In this document: positions 49,293 to 58,919 of the stretch, piece by piece | Layout: the number at the start of each line of letters is the position of its first letter | Numbering within the stretch: the first letter of the stretch is position 1 | DNA from: Candidatus Kaiserbacteria bacterium | Lineage (GTDB): Bacteria; Patescibacteriota; Minisyncoccia; Phycocordibacterales; UBA2100 | Assembly (NCBI GenBank): GCA_016214605.1 | Contig: JACROD010000020.1 | Span: 30,158 to 94,157 of the forward strand | DNA: 64,000 bases | Direction: 5' to 3' | The notes under the pieces: model-generated | Seen by the model: the letters and a program-made list of their open reading frames with translations, nothing else | What the model was told of the DNA's origin: nothing | The model's database searches: none | Program-made: the position numbers and the translations under genes

Positions 49293-49625
49293 ATGCATGT
49301 ATTCTTGAAATATCTCGGTACGGTTGCCGCTGTCGTACTAACCCTCTCTATCGTGCCGGGCCTGTCGTCGGCCGATTGGGTCACGACGTTTTTGGTCGCA
49401 CTCGTATGGTCGGTGATCGTCACGGTCATCAAGCCGGTGCTCAAGCTGCTCACGCTTCCTATCACGATCATCACGTTCGGTATCTTTTCGTTCGTGCTCA
49501 ATGCGCTCCTTTTCTGGGCGATGACCCTTATCGTGCCGGGATTCATGGTCGCCGGGTTTTGGTCGGCGCTTCTCGGTGCGATCGTACTTTCTATCCTATC
49601 GTGGTTGATACACCAGCTTCTCTAG
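49293..49625 (+). CDS. DUF360/YvlD-like 4-TM membrane protein (holin-superfamily-like)
   Basis: Four TM helices, ~110 aa. Confidence 0.45.
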   Translation: MHVFLKYLGTVAAVVLTLSIVPGLSSADWVTTFLVALVWSVIVTVIKPVLKLLTLPITIITFGIFSFVLNALLFWAMTLIVPGFMVAGFWSALLGAIVLSILSWLIHQLL

Positions 49626-49628
49626 CAC

Positions 49629-50465
49629 ATGTCTGTGTATTGTTATTTCAACGGACAGATCATGCCGATCGACGAAGCGAAGGTCGGTATCAAGGATATC
49701 GGAATCTTACGCGGATTCGGCATCTATGAGGCGATGGGTACCGCCAGCCGCCGACCATTCATGTTTGAGGACCATATGGCGCGCTACCGCCGCACGGCCG
49801 ACGAACTGCATCTCAAGATCCCTGCGACCGAAGACGAGATTCTCGCGGCGATCAACGACCTGATCGCACGCAATGTGTCCGAGGATAAAGAGGCCACGAT
49901 CAAATTTTTCATCACTGGCGGTGCGACGATTCACGGTATCGAATATGATTACGAGCATCCGACGTTCTTCATGCTCGTCGATCCGCATATTCCATTTGAG
50001 TCGCATTACTATACTGAGGGGGCGGTGGTCACGGTTTTCGAACACTTGCGCCAGTTTCCGCAGCTCAAGACGACCAACTACATCCAGGCTGTGATGCTCC
50101 AGCAGGCGCGCAAGGATGCAGGTGCGATCGAGATACTCTACACATGGGGCGGCAAGGTGCTCGAATGCGCGACGAGTAATTTTATGATCGTCAAAGACGG
50201 CAAGATCATTACCGCCAAAGAAGACATTCTCTTCGGTATTACGCGCAAGGTCGCGCTCGATGTGGCACGCCCGCTTTTCACCATCGAAGAGCGCGATGTA
50301 TCGCTCGATGAGCTGTATGCCGCCGACGAAGCATTCCTCACTTCCAGCTTCAAAGACGTCATGCCGGTGGTCAAGGTAGGGGACAAGCTGATCGGCGAGG
50401 GCCGTGTAGGCCCCGTCACCAAGCGCGTCATAGAATTATTTGAAGAATATAAAAAAGCATATTGA
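49629..50465 (+). CDS. Class IV (fold type IV) PLP aminotransferase (BCAT/D-aminotransferase/ADC lyase family)
   Basis: 278 aa, family-typical layout. Confidence 0.7.
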   Translation: MSVYCYFNGQIMPIDEAKVGIKDIGILRGFGIYEAMGTASRRPFMFEDHMARYRRTADELHLKIPATEDEILAAINDLIARNVSEDKEATIKFFITGGATIHGIEYDYEHPTFFMLVDPHIPFESHYYTEGAVVTVFEHLRQFPQLKTTNYIQAVMLQQARKDAGAIEILYTWGGKVLECATSNFMIVKDGKIITAKEDILFGITRKVALDVARPLFTIEERDVSLDELYAADEAFLTSSFKDVMPVVKVGDKLIGEGRVGPVTKRVIELFEEYKKAY

Positions 50466-50914
50466 CTATGACGATGCCGACATTCACATGCCCCTTTTGC
50501 ACCGACCCTGTCGTCCAGGACCGCGCGATCATCAAGGAAAAACTCGCCTGGTCTTTCCCGACCAATATCCCCGTCGTCCCCGGACATACCCTGATATTGC
50601 CGGTACGATGTGTCGCGACCTTTGAAGAATTGACGCCCGAAGAGCGTGTCGCGATATTTGATCTCATGTCGCGCACGATGAGATCGCTCAAGAAGGTATT
50701 CGCCGCCGAGGGTTTCAATGTCGCCTGGAATCAAGGAGAGGTCGCCGGACAATCCGTCCCGCATTTTCATCTCCACGTGCTTCCGCGCAAGTCAGGGGAT
50801 ACCGGCATTACCCAATACGAACCGCGTCAATTCCTCTATCGCCCCGGCGCCCGTGAGACATCGCCCGAAGAAGAACTGAAAGATGTCGCAAAAATAATTC
50901 GTGATAATTTGTAG
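50462..50914 (+). CDS. HIT-family hydrolase
   Basis: Histidine triad HFHLHVLPR. Confidence 0.8.
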   Translation: MTMTMPTFTCPFCTDPVVQDRAIIKEKLAWSFPTNIPVVPGHTLILPVRCVATFEELTPEERVAIFDLMSRTMRSLKKVFAAEGFNVAWNQGEVAGQSVPHFHLHVLPRKSGDTGITQYEPRQFLYRPGARETSPEEELKDVAKIIRDNL

Positions 50915-50918
50915 GGGA

Positions 50919-52307
50919 TCAAGACGCGTAGGTGTCGTAGAGCGAGGGATCTTCGATTGTTTCGATTTTCTCCTCGCACAGGTCGCGCGCCATGCGTGCT
51001 TTGTCGAAATGATAATCCTCGTCGGGAAAGAATCCGGAGATCGCTTCGGCGTCACGCATCGCGTTGTAGAGGCAGACCGATGCACCGGGGGATGGGGACA
51101 TGTTGAAGATGATCTTGTCTCCGATGATCTTGCCTTCACCGAGTAAGAGCTCGCGCGTGCGCGTGTCGACGCGCTGTAAGCGCATACCGCCGTATCCGCG
51201 AGCACGTCGCACATCGCGGCCGCGCAAGGTTGGTACGATCTTGCGTAGCTGCGGGAGCAGAAAATATGTTCCGATGACCGGCAGATCGTAGAAAAAGTTG
51301 CGCAACAGGTACCAAAATCGCAACGGATCGAGGAGGATGGAGCCGAAGCTCGCCCATGTCGCTATCCGGTGCATTCCCGATGCACTGAAGAATTGCCGCA
51401 TGGTAGAGAGCTTGCCCGCCTCAAGTGCCGGATAGAATCGTGCGGTCGGGCCCCAGCGCGTGAGTCCCGGAGCGGTGAGATCGGGATCGCCGTGCACAGC
51501 GGCAAAAGGCATACGTGGATCTTGCACGCGGTATACTTTGCCGCGCAGTTTTTGCGGCGTGAAGTAGAAGCTGCCCGCGATAGGGATGAGGGAAAATTCC
51601 TTGCCGTATCCGAGGCTTTTTGCGAATCCCAAGCTGTGTGCGTCTGCATTGACGACGACGATATCCGCTCTGACGGGGCCCTTGTCGGTATTCAAAATAT
51701 ATACGCCGTCGCGCCGCTCTATCTGCTCGACAGTATGTCCGAGCAAGAGATTGACGGTATTGCCAGCGGCTTCTTGCGCGCGCCTCGCGAATGATCGCGC
51801 GAGAAGGCCAAAATCGACGGCATACCCTTGGCTACTGCAGAGTCCAAGCACGAGTTCGTGCGGATCGCGGCCGCGCATGACTTCCGGTTCCGCTTCTGCG
51901 ATGCCGTGTGCGTCGAGCTTTTGCAATTCGGGAAAAATCTCTTTCAGTGCATCGTGGCGTTTCTCGAGCGTCTCGACTTCGCCCTGCCCGACGGCGAGCA
52001 CCATCTTTTGTACACGTCTGAGGATAGTGTCCCTCTCCTCAGGGGGGAGCGTTTCAGTATAGCGTTTTACCATTCCGGCGGCGCCGCGCACTTGTCGCGC
52101 CTTTTCCGCAGAATAATTCGTCTCAATGTCGCCCATATGCAGTGTTTGGCTGTTGTTCTTCGCGTGTGAGTTGACCTGTCCGAACAAATGATACTTTTCG
52201 ATAAGCGCGATGCGCTGGATATCGGTGTAGTGTGAGAGCGCATACAGGAGCGCCGTACCCGAGACGCCGCCGCCTACTATAACGATATCGTAGCGATCAT
52301 TTTCCAT
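50919..52307 (-). CDS. mqo: Malate:quinone oxidoreductase-like FAD-dependent oxidoreductase
   Basis: DIVIVGGGVSGTA, Mqo-like NNSQT…H and SPSPGAS segments; start at MENDRY. Confidence 0.65.
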   Translation of the reverse strand: MENDRYDIVIVGGGVSGTALLYALSHYTDIQRIALIEKYHLFGQVNSHAKNNSQTLHMGDIETNYSAEKARQVRGAAGMVKRYTETLPPEERDTILRRVQKMVLAVGQGEVETLEKRHDALKEIFPELQKLDAHGIAEAEPEVMRGRDPHELVLGLCSSQGYAVDFGLLARSFARRAQEAAGNTVNLLLGHTVEQIERRDGVYILNTDKGPVRADIVVVNADAHSLGFAKSLGYGKEFSLIPIAGSFYFTPQKLRGKVYRVQDPRMPFAAVHGDPDLTAPGLTRWGPTARFYPALEAGKLSTMRQFFSASGMHRIATWASFGSILLDPLRFWYLLRNFFYDLPVIGTYFLLPQLRKIVPTLRGRDVRRARGYGGMRLQRVDTRTRELLLGEGKIIGDKIIFNMSPSPGASVCLYNAMRDAEAISGFFPDEDYHFDKARMARDLCEEKIETIEDPSLYDTYAS

Positions 52308-52399
52308 ATTTTTTAGAGTTGTACACAGACGCTTCCTTGCGCATTCATTGACGCCGAGTACTATTGCTATATTACTAGTAATACAGTAATATAGCATGA

Positions 52400-52702
52400 A
52401 TGGAAACAAAGAAATATAAAAAGATCCCGATCGATCCGGACCTTACCAAGCGAGCCAGGCTTTTGGCGCTTGCCGGGGACGAGACGCGGATCCGGATCTT
52501 CTGCTTCATGTTTGAGTACGGCGAAGCGTGCGTGTCGGATATAGCGGAGAGTCTGGATATGAACATCAACACCATTTCGCATCATCTGCGAATGATGAAA
52601 GACAACGGTTTGTTCGTCTGTGAGCGCATGGGCACCAATATCTGCTACAAGCTCGTGCGCGATGAATTCGTAGATAATCTCGAAAAGACGATCTGCGGGT
52701 AA
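52400..52702 (+). CDS. ArsR/SmtB-family metalloregulator
   Basis: wHTH; ~100 aa. Confidence 0.7.
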   Translation: METKKYKKIPIDPDLTKRARLLALAGDETRIRIFCFMFEYGEACVSDIAESLDMNINTISHHLRMMKDNGLFVCERMGTNICYKLVRDEFVDNLEKTICG

Positions 52703-52743
52703 TCTGTCGTTTATTAATTATTATTTATTTTCTACAATTACAT

Positions 52744-53178
52744 ATGGATCAAAAAGTAATAGGCGGAGTAGTGGGAGGTCTTGCGGGCGGCGTCATCTTC
52801 GGCATGCTCATGCAGATGATGGGCATGATGCCGATGATCGCGAGCATGATCGGAAGTACGGCGACCGCCGTCGGATGGATCATACACCTTGTTATCAGCG
52901 CAGTTACGGGGGCGATCTTCGTGCTGGTGTTCTCAAAATTCGTGCGCAATTACGCGGAAGGTTTCGGATACGGCCTGCTTTACGGCATGATCTGGTGGGT
53001 GCTCGGCGCTCTTATTGCGATGCCGGTCATTCTCGGCATGGGAGTGCAGATTCAAAATGCTTTCGACACGATGCGTCTTATGTCCTTGATGGGACATGTG
53101 ATCTTCGGTGTGATCCTCGGTGTCGTGTATGTGTGGTACACGGTGAAAGGTCATGAAAGCATGGAACACACCCACTAA
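52744..53178 (+). CDS. Met-rich small membrane protein
   Basis: MLMQMMGMMPMIASMIG…, 4 TM. Confidence 0.4.
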   Translation: MDQKVIGGVVGGLAGGVIFGMLMQMMGMMPMIASMIGSTATAVGWIIHLVISAVTGAIFVLVFSKFVRNYAEGFGYGLLYGMIWWVLGALIAMPVILGMGVQIQNAFDTMRLMSLMGHVIFGVILGVVYVWYTVKGHESMEHTH

Positions 53179-53198
53179 CTCAATAATTATTCCCCAGT

Positions 53199-53435
53199 AT
53201 GAAAAACGTAACGATATATACCACACCGACCTGTCACTTCTGTCACGGCGCGAAAGAGTTCTTCAAAGAGCATAATGTGACATATACAGAAAAGGATGTT
53301 TCCAGCGACATAGCTGCACGTACGGAAATGGTCGAGAAGTCGGGTCAGATGGGCGTGCCCCTCATCGATATCGAGGGCAAGCTGATCATTGGTTTCGATG
53401 AGAGCGCGTTGCGCAAGGAATTGCAGATCGCGTAG
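53199..53435 (+). CDS. Glutaredoxin-like protein (NrdH/Grx)
   Basis: TPTCHFCH CxxC, 78 aa. Confidence 0.75.
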   Translation: MKNVTIYTTPTCHFCHGAKEFFKEHNVTYTEKDVSSDIAARTEMVEKSGQMGVPLIDIEGKLIIGFDESALRKELQIA

Positions 53436-53478
53436 CACATGGAAAGCTTATTTCTGATCATTATTTTCTTTCCCTCAT

Positions 53479-54003
53479 ATGAAAACCACTTTAATCGTTC
53501 TCGGAGTCGTTGTAGTGATCGCGGCAGTGTTCGCGTGGTCGCGGCCGACGCCGCAAGCGGCGGTGCATGCCGATGCTGCGGCGGATCAAACGGGATCGAC
53601 CCTTCGTCCCGCCCCCGATTTTTCGCTTGAGAAGGTTGGCGGCGGCACGATCACGCTTGCCGACTTCAGGGGCAAGAAGCCGGTCATTCTCGATTTCTGG
53701 ACGACCTGGTGCCCCAATTGCCGTCGCGACATGCCGCGCCAAAATGAATGGTACAAGAAATACAAAGATTCGGTCGAAGTGATCGGCATCGACATGCAAG
53801 AGGATTCGAGCGTCGTCAAAGCGTTTGTCGAGAAGCTTAGTATTGTGTACCCGATAGCGCTCGATCCGCGGGCGCAGGCGACGAGGAGCTACAATGTCAT
53901 CTACACGAATTATCATGTGCTCGTCGACAAACAAGGCACTGTCGTAAAGACGATCCCGGGCGACATTAGCGAGCAGGATTTCTTGTCGCTCATCAATTTG
54001 TAA
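53479..54003 (+). CDS. TlpA/ResA-like membrane-anchored thiol:disulfide oxidoreductase
   Basis: WCPNC. Confidence 0.75.
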   Translation: MKTTLIVLGVVVVIAAVFAWSRPTPQAAVHADAAADQTGSTLRPAPDFSLEKVGGGTITLADFRGKKPVILDFWTTWCPNCRRDMPRQNEWYKKYKDSVEVIGIDMQEDSSVVKAFVEKLSIVYPIALDPRAQATRSYNVIYTNYHVLVDKQGTVVKTIPGDISEQDFLSLINL

Positions 54004-54005
54004 CC

Positions 54006-55022
54006 ATGACCATCCTGCGTCCTGTCATCGTGATCGTTCTTCTGCTCGGCATAGGAGCCGCCGTGCTCTATGGTCTGTGGCATGTGATGAATAGTTCCGG
54101 CGCCGCGCGTACGGCCTCTTCGTCTACCCCTGGAGGCCGTAGGCTTGGCGCCGGAGGTGCGCTTACGACGAATACCGCCAAGCACTCCATTCCGCTCGAG
54201 GCTGTGCTCGACGGCGGCCCGGGCAAAGATGGCATCCCCACACTCGTCGATCCGACCTTCACATCCATTGAAGACGTCGATTCCGACATCACCGATACAG
54301 TCGATGGTATTCTCGTAACGGTCGGCGATGTCGCGAAATTCTATCCGTACAACATCATGGTATGGCATGAGATCGTAAATGATACGGTAGGCGGCAAGTC
54401 GCTCATCGTCACGTTTTGTCCGCTGTGCGGCTCGGCGATCGTGTATGAGGCGGAGGTCAATGGCAAGACAGAGCTATTCGGCGTCTCCGGTAAGCTCTAC
54501 AATTCCAATCTCTTGATGTACGACAAGACGACGGAGAGCTTGTGGTCGCAGGTGCAAGGCGAGGCCGTCGTCGGTGATCTGACTGGCGTCTCGCTCACGC
54601 TCTATCCGTCGCAAGTCATTTCGTTCAAGACGCTTCGCGAGAAATATCCGCAGGCGCACGTGTTGAGTACCGATACCGGGTACCGGCGCGACTACTCATT
54701 TTACCCATACGGCAACTACGATACTTCAAGCGACTTGTATTTCCCGATCGCCATCACCGACACGCGCCTGCCGACCAAAGAGATCATGCACGTAGTGAAT
54801 TACAACAATCACTCGATTGCCTTCAAGGTCAAAGACTTGAAGCCGGGAGTTGTGGCAAACGTGGATGTGTCAGGCAAGAAATTGATCGGCAAACTTGAGG
54901 GGGGAGAAATAATCATTACTGCGGAGAGTGGCGAGAAACTCCCTGGTTACACGACGATGTGGTTCGCCTGGGCAGTGCATCATCAGCAAGACGGTATTGT
55001 ATGGACCGTCGCGCCGGAATAG
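54006..55022 (+). CDS. DUF3179-family protein
   Basis: TFCPLCGS motif, N-terminal TM. Confidence 0.65.
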   Translation: MTILRPVIVIVLLLGIGAAVLYGLWHVMNSSGAARTASSSTPGGRRLGAGGALTTNTAKHSIPLEAVLDGGPGKDGIPTLVDPTFTSIEDVDSDITDTVDGILVTVGDVAKFYPYNIMVWHEIVNDTVGGKSLIVTFCPLCGSAIVYEAEVNGKTELFGVSGKLYNSNLLMYDKTTESLWSQVQGEAVVGDLTGVSLTLYPSQVISFKTLREKYPQAHVLSTDTGYRRDYSFYPYGNYDTSSDLYFPIAITDTRLPTKEIMHVVNYNNHSIAFKVKDLKPGVVANVDVSGKKLIGKLEGGEIIITAESGEKLPGYTTMWFAWAVHHQQDGIVWTVAPE

Positions 55023-55291
55023 CAAGATACGATGGAGGTATTATTCGTTAACTCAAGATCTACATTTTATGAACAAAAAAGTCATTATCGCCGGTCTCGT
55101 AGCAAGCATGGTGGCACCTGCGACTGCGGGTGCGGAAAATAGGACAAATGGACCGCCGCCGAGGTGGTACCGCTTCGGTGGCGGTCCATAACAAGTAAGG
55201 AATAGGTGAATAGTATGGGTATGTATGGTCACCGTAAACTATATTATCAAGATTATATTCAACGCTTGAATCCGCGATACACATTTTATTT

Positions 55292-56209
55292 ATGGAACAA
55301 TTCATTCTTACCGTAAAAGCGCAACAACAGAAATATGCGAACCCTCTCGTACTTATCCACGGCTCATGGGGGTCATCCGCCATGTGGATGGGTTACACAC
55401 AATTCTTATCAATGAAAGGTTTTGATGTATATGCGCCTGATCTGCGCGGACACGGCAAGAGCGAGGGCGCACTCGCGGGAGCGACGATGTCTGATTACGT
55501 CGCCGATGTCGTGCGTGCCGTAGCCGATCATGGCCTCAAGGATCCGGTCGTTGTCGGGCACTCCATGGGCGGACTCATTGCGCTCATGTATGCGGCAGAG
55601 TATGGCGCCAAAGCGGTTATCGCTATTGATCCGAGTCCTTCCAAGGAGGTGCAGGGCGAGGGAGTGCACAAAGACTATCTCGCGATCTATTCCCCGATGG
55701 ATGCGGGTATGCCCGCTGATCCGATGGAGGTCATGAAAGCGCTTCCGGACATACCGCAAGAGATGCTCATGAAAATGAAAGACATGCTCGGCATGGAATC
55801 CGGTGTGGCGCGAAGCGAGCGCAAGCTTGGCATCTCGATACCGAAAGAAAAACTCCCGATGCCGATACTCTTTGTCGGGGGCGAGCTTGGCGAGTCGGTG
55901 CCATTCGGTATCGGCATCAAGACCGCTCGCGCCATGGCCGACTTTTATGGGAAAGAAGTGCTGGAGATCAAGGGTGCCACGCACCCCGGCATTCTCATCG
56001 GCGAGCATGCGATGGAGGCTGTACAAGGGATTGAGCAGTGGATCGCGAAAACGTCAGAAGGATCGAATAGAGTATTCACCTGTCCCGTATGCGGCATGCA
56101 GTACAAGGACGAAGAGATCGCAAAGCGATGCGAGGCGTGGTGTACGGAGCACCATAGCTGTAATCTCGACATCATCTCGCACGCCGTCAAACATTCCTCA
56201 ATTGCTTAG
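55292..56209 (+). CDS. Alpha/beta hydrolase fused to C-terminal Cys-rich CPxCG…CEAWC…SCNLDII module
   Basis: GHSMGG nucleophile elbow; C-terminal 40 aa homologous to peptide 10101-10226. Confidence 0.6.
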   Translation: MEQFILTVKAQQQKYANPLVLIHGSWGSSAMWMGYTQFLSMKGFDVYAPDLRGHGKSEGALAGATMSDYVADVVRAVADHGLKDPVVVGHSMGGLIALMYAAEYGAKAVIAIDPSPSKEVQGEGVHKDYLAIYSPMDAGMPADPMEVMKALPDIPQEMLMKMKDMLGMESGVARSERKLGISIPKEKLPMPILFVGGELGESVPFGIGIKTARAMADFYGKEVLEIKGATHPGILIGEHAMEAVQGIEQWIAKTSEGSNRVFTCPVCGMQYKDEEIAKRCEAWCTEHHSCNLDIISHAVKHSSIA

Positions 56210-56217
56210 GGTGAGGA

Positions 56218-56862
56218 GTGTATACTACAAGTATGAAAGGCAATAACACACAAAAAGGTTTCGCGTCTTCCGCACTTATCGGTGTGATCGTTTTCGTGGT
56301 AGTGGTGGGGACGGTCGCGTATCTCACCGTGTCCAAGCAGTCACAAAATACCATGGAGCCGACGGCAGACCATGTCGTCCCCATGGAGGGTGATCAGAGT
56401 ATGACGGGAGAAGTGATGAAAGGGGATGAGATGAAGGCAGGAGATGATGCCATGACAAAAAAAGACGGCGGCGTGATGATGCAAAAATATACGGGCACAG
56501 TCTTGGCCGGTACGTCGGCTCCGCTCTTGGATTTCAACAAAGCCGATTATGATGCTGCCGTACGATCAGGCAAGCTCGTGGTGCTGTATTTCTACGCCAA
56601 CTGGTGTCCGGTCTGCAAAGCGGAGTTTCCGAAGGCGCAGGCTGCGTTCAATGCGCTTACCACGGACGAGGTGATCGGATTTCGCGTCAACTACAAGGAC
56701 AATGAGACGGATAAGGATGAAGAAGCGCTGGCGCGTCAGTTTGGCGTCCCGTATCAACACACCAAGGTTTTCCTCAAAGACGGCAAACAAGTGCTCAAGG
56801 CGCCCGATCAGTGGGACGCGGCGCGCTATACTGTAGAGATACAGAAAGCGCTTACTCAATAA
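56218..56862 (+). CDS. Membrane-anchored thioredoxin-like protein
   Basis: WCPVC. Confidence 0.65.
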   Translation: MYTTSMKGNNTQKGFASSALIGVIVFVVVVGTVAYLTVSKQSQNTMEPTADHVVPMEGDQSMTGEVMKGDEMKAGDDAMTKKDGGVMMQKYTGTVLAGTSAPLLDFNKADYDAAVRSGKLVVLYFYANWCPVCKAEFPKAQAAFNALTTDEVIGFRVNYKDNETDKDEEALARQFGVPYQHTKVFLKDGKQVLKAPDQWDAARYTVEIQKALTQ

Positions 56863-56890
56863 TTATTAACTGCACTAAATTGAATTAATT

Positions 56891-57682
56891 ATGGAAAACG
56901 ATACTCAGCTTCCCATGCCACAGCCGCCCGCGCGTGATTGGAGTATCTTTTTTGCGAGTGTGTTCTTTGTGCTCGGATTTTCGTTCGTGTTCTCGCTCTT
57001 GGGTGTGCTTTTGCAGACCGTGCTCAGTAATTCTTCATATGCCGTACAGGAATGGCTCGGCCGCATCGGCGGCATCATTATCATCCTCTTCGGTCTCTTC
57101 GTGCTCGGTCTCTTCACGCCAGCATTCCTCAAGCGTGATCACAAAGTCGCGGTGAAACGTCGCTTCAAGTCAAAATATCTTACATCCTTCGTATTCGGTG
57201 CCGCGTTCGCGGTCGGGTGGACCCCATGTGTCTCGGCGGCGCTCGGCGCGATCCTCGTACTTGCGGCGACCAATGCGACGAGCGCGTTTCTCCTGCTCTT
57301 CGCATATACGCTCGGTATTGGCGTACCGTTTCTCGTCGTTGGGCTCTTTACCAATCAGGCGCAAGGGTTCATCGATAGGGCAGGACCGTGGCTGCGCTAT
57401 GTCGAATATGTATTTGGCGTGCTTCTTATCATAATCGGCGTATTCATTTTCGTCGGGGAGCTGAGTAGGATCGCGAATTTTGCCTTCCTTACTGATGTGC
57501 TTACATCGCTCAATATTGGCACCGAAGCTGGCGCCGACATCGCAGGATTGTCCGTCACCAACTTCGTCGTTGCACTGTTTGCCGGCCTCGCATCCTTCCT
57601 CTCGCCGTGTGTGCTGCCTATCATCCCCGGATTCCTTTCATATCTCGCGCAGGTGAGCATCGACCCCAAGATCCAACAATAA
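56891..57682 (+). CDS. ccdA: CcdA/DsbD-family transmembrane thiol-disulfide transporter
   Basis: Two conserved Cys (WTPCV, SPCVLP), 6+ TM. Confidence 0.7.
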   Translation: MENDTQLPMPQPPARDWSIFFASVFFVLGFSFVFSLLGVLLQTVLSNSSYAVQEWLGRIGGIIIILFGLFVLGLFTPAFLKRDHKVAVKRRFKSKYLTSFVFGAAFAVGWTPCVSAALGAILVLAATNATSAFLLLFAYTLGIGVPFLVVGLFTNQAQGFIDRAGPWLRYVEYVFGVLLIIIGVFIFVGELSRIANFAFLTDVLTSLNIGTEAGADIAGLSVTNFVVALFAGLASFLSPCVLPIIPGFLSYLAQVSIDPKIQQ

Positions 57683-57688
57683 ATCTCT

Positions 57689-58912
57689 ATGAACCATGCC
57701 GTTAGAAACGCCCTTCTGATCGTCGTAAGCTCGATCATTGTCGCTTCGATCGTCTTCCTCGAAAGTCAAAAAGTCCATTCATCCGGCCCGTCGTCGGATT
57801 CCAATGCCGCAATCGACCTCGATGCGCTCTTCCAGGCGACGCCGACTCCTTCAGATACTACGTCAGCGATCGCGGGAGCCCCACAGGAGAGCACTCCGAC
57901 CAAGCTGCCGCGGACCAGCGACTTTGAAGCGCTTCGTGCCAAATATTCGCCTGCGGTCGAGCTCGTATCTCCGGATGCGTACATCAACACAGGCCTCAAT
58001 CCCGATGGTTCTGCTAAGCCGATCACTATCGCCTCGCTCATCGGCAAGAAGGTGATCATCGTCGATTTCTGGACGTACAGCTGCATCAACTGTCAGCGCA
58101 ACATCCCGTACATTGAGGCCTGGTACGAGAAGTACAAAGACGCGGGGCTCGTAGTCATCGGCGTGCATTCTCCGGAGTTCGAATTCGAAAAGAATCTTGG
58201 GAACGTACAAGATGCGGTGAAAAAATTCGGCATCACATATCCGGTCATTCTCGACAGCGAGATGCGCACGTGGAATGCGTATTCCAATCTCTATTGGCCG
58301 GCGCACTACATCATCGATATTAACGGTCTTATTGTGGACAAGCATTTTGGCGAAGGTGGGTACGCGCAGACAGAAAGCCAGATCCAGAAGCTCTTGAAGG
58401 AGCGGCAGCAGGTGCTTGGCAGTACGGTGTCGGTGCCTGCGGGCACGGTGAATATCGCGCAGGTCGTGCAGGCCAATAGTCCGGAGACGTATTTCGGCGC
58501 TTCGCGCAACGAATACCTTGGCAATGGCGCACCATTCCTTGGTGGTATGCAGACATACGCGCGCCCCGACGACGCGTCGATTGATCGCAACAATCTCTAC
58601 CTCTCCGGCGCATGGAATCTCGACGCGGAGTACGCGGAGAATCGCTCGTCCGATGCGCGCATCATCTACAAATACACCGCGCGCAATGTCTACTTTGTCG
58701 CGAGCTCGGATGAGGGCTCCTCGATCACTGTCTTGCGCGACGGCGTGCCGGTCGATGGTTCGCACGGGGAAGACGTGTCTCCCGACGGCACCGTCATGAT
58801 CAAAAATGCGCGCCTCTACAAGCTCATATCGGAGACGCAGATGGGCACGCACACCCTCGAGATCATCATCAAAAACCCCGGCCTCAAGGCCTACACGTTT
58901 ACGTTTGGATAG
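57689..58912 (+). CDS. Thioredoxin-like (CINC) domain fused to DipZ-like C-terminal domain
   Basis: FWTYSCINCQ; together with ccdA resembles a split DipZ. Confidence 0.6.
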   Translation: MNHAVRNALLIVVSSIIVASIVFLESQKVHSSGPSSDSNAAIDLDALFQATPTPSDTTSAIAGAPQESTPTKLPRTSDFEALRAKYSPAVELVSPDAYINTGLNPDGSAKPITIASLIGKKVIIVDFWTYSCINCQRNIPYIEAWYEKYKDAGLVVIGVHSPEFEFEKNLGNVQDAVKKFGITYPVILDSEMRTWNAYSNLYWPAHYIIDINGLIVDKHFGEGGYAQTESQIQKLLKERQQVLGSTVSVPAGTVNIAQVVQANSPETYFGASRNEYLGNGAPFLGGMQTYARPDDASIDRNNLYLSGAWNLDAEYAENRSSDARIIYKYTARNVYFVASSDEGSSITVLRDGVPVDGSHGEDVSPDGTVMIKNARLYKLISETQMGTHTLEIIIKNPGLKAYTFTFG

Positions 58913-58919
58913 TGTTTCC

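Noticed and set aside
50138-50776. 212-aa antisense ORF across aminotransferase/HIT genes
   Set aside because: Spans two well-supported sense genes.
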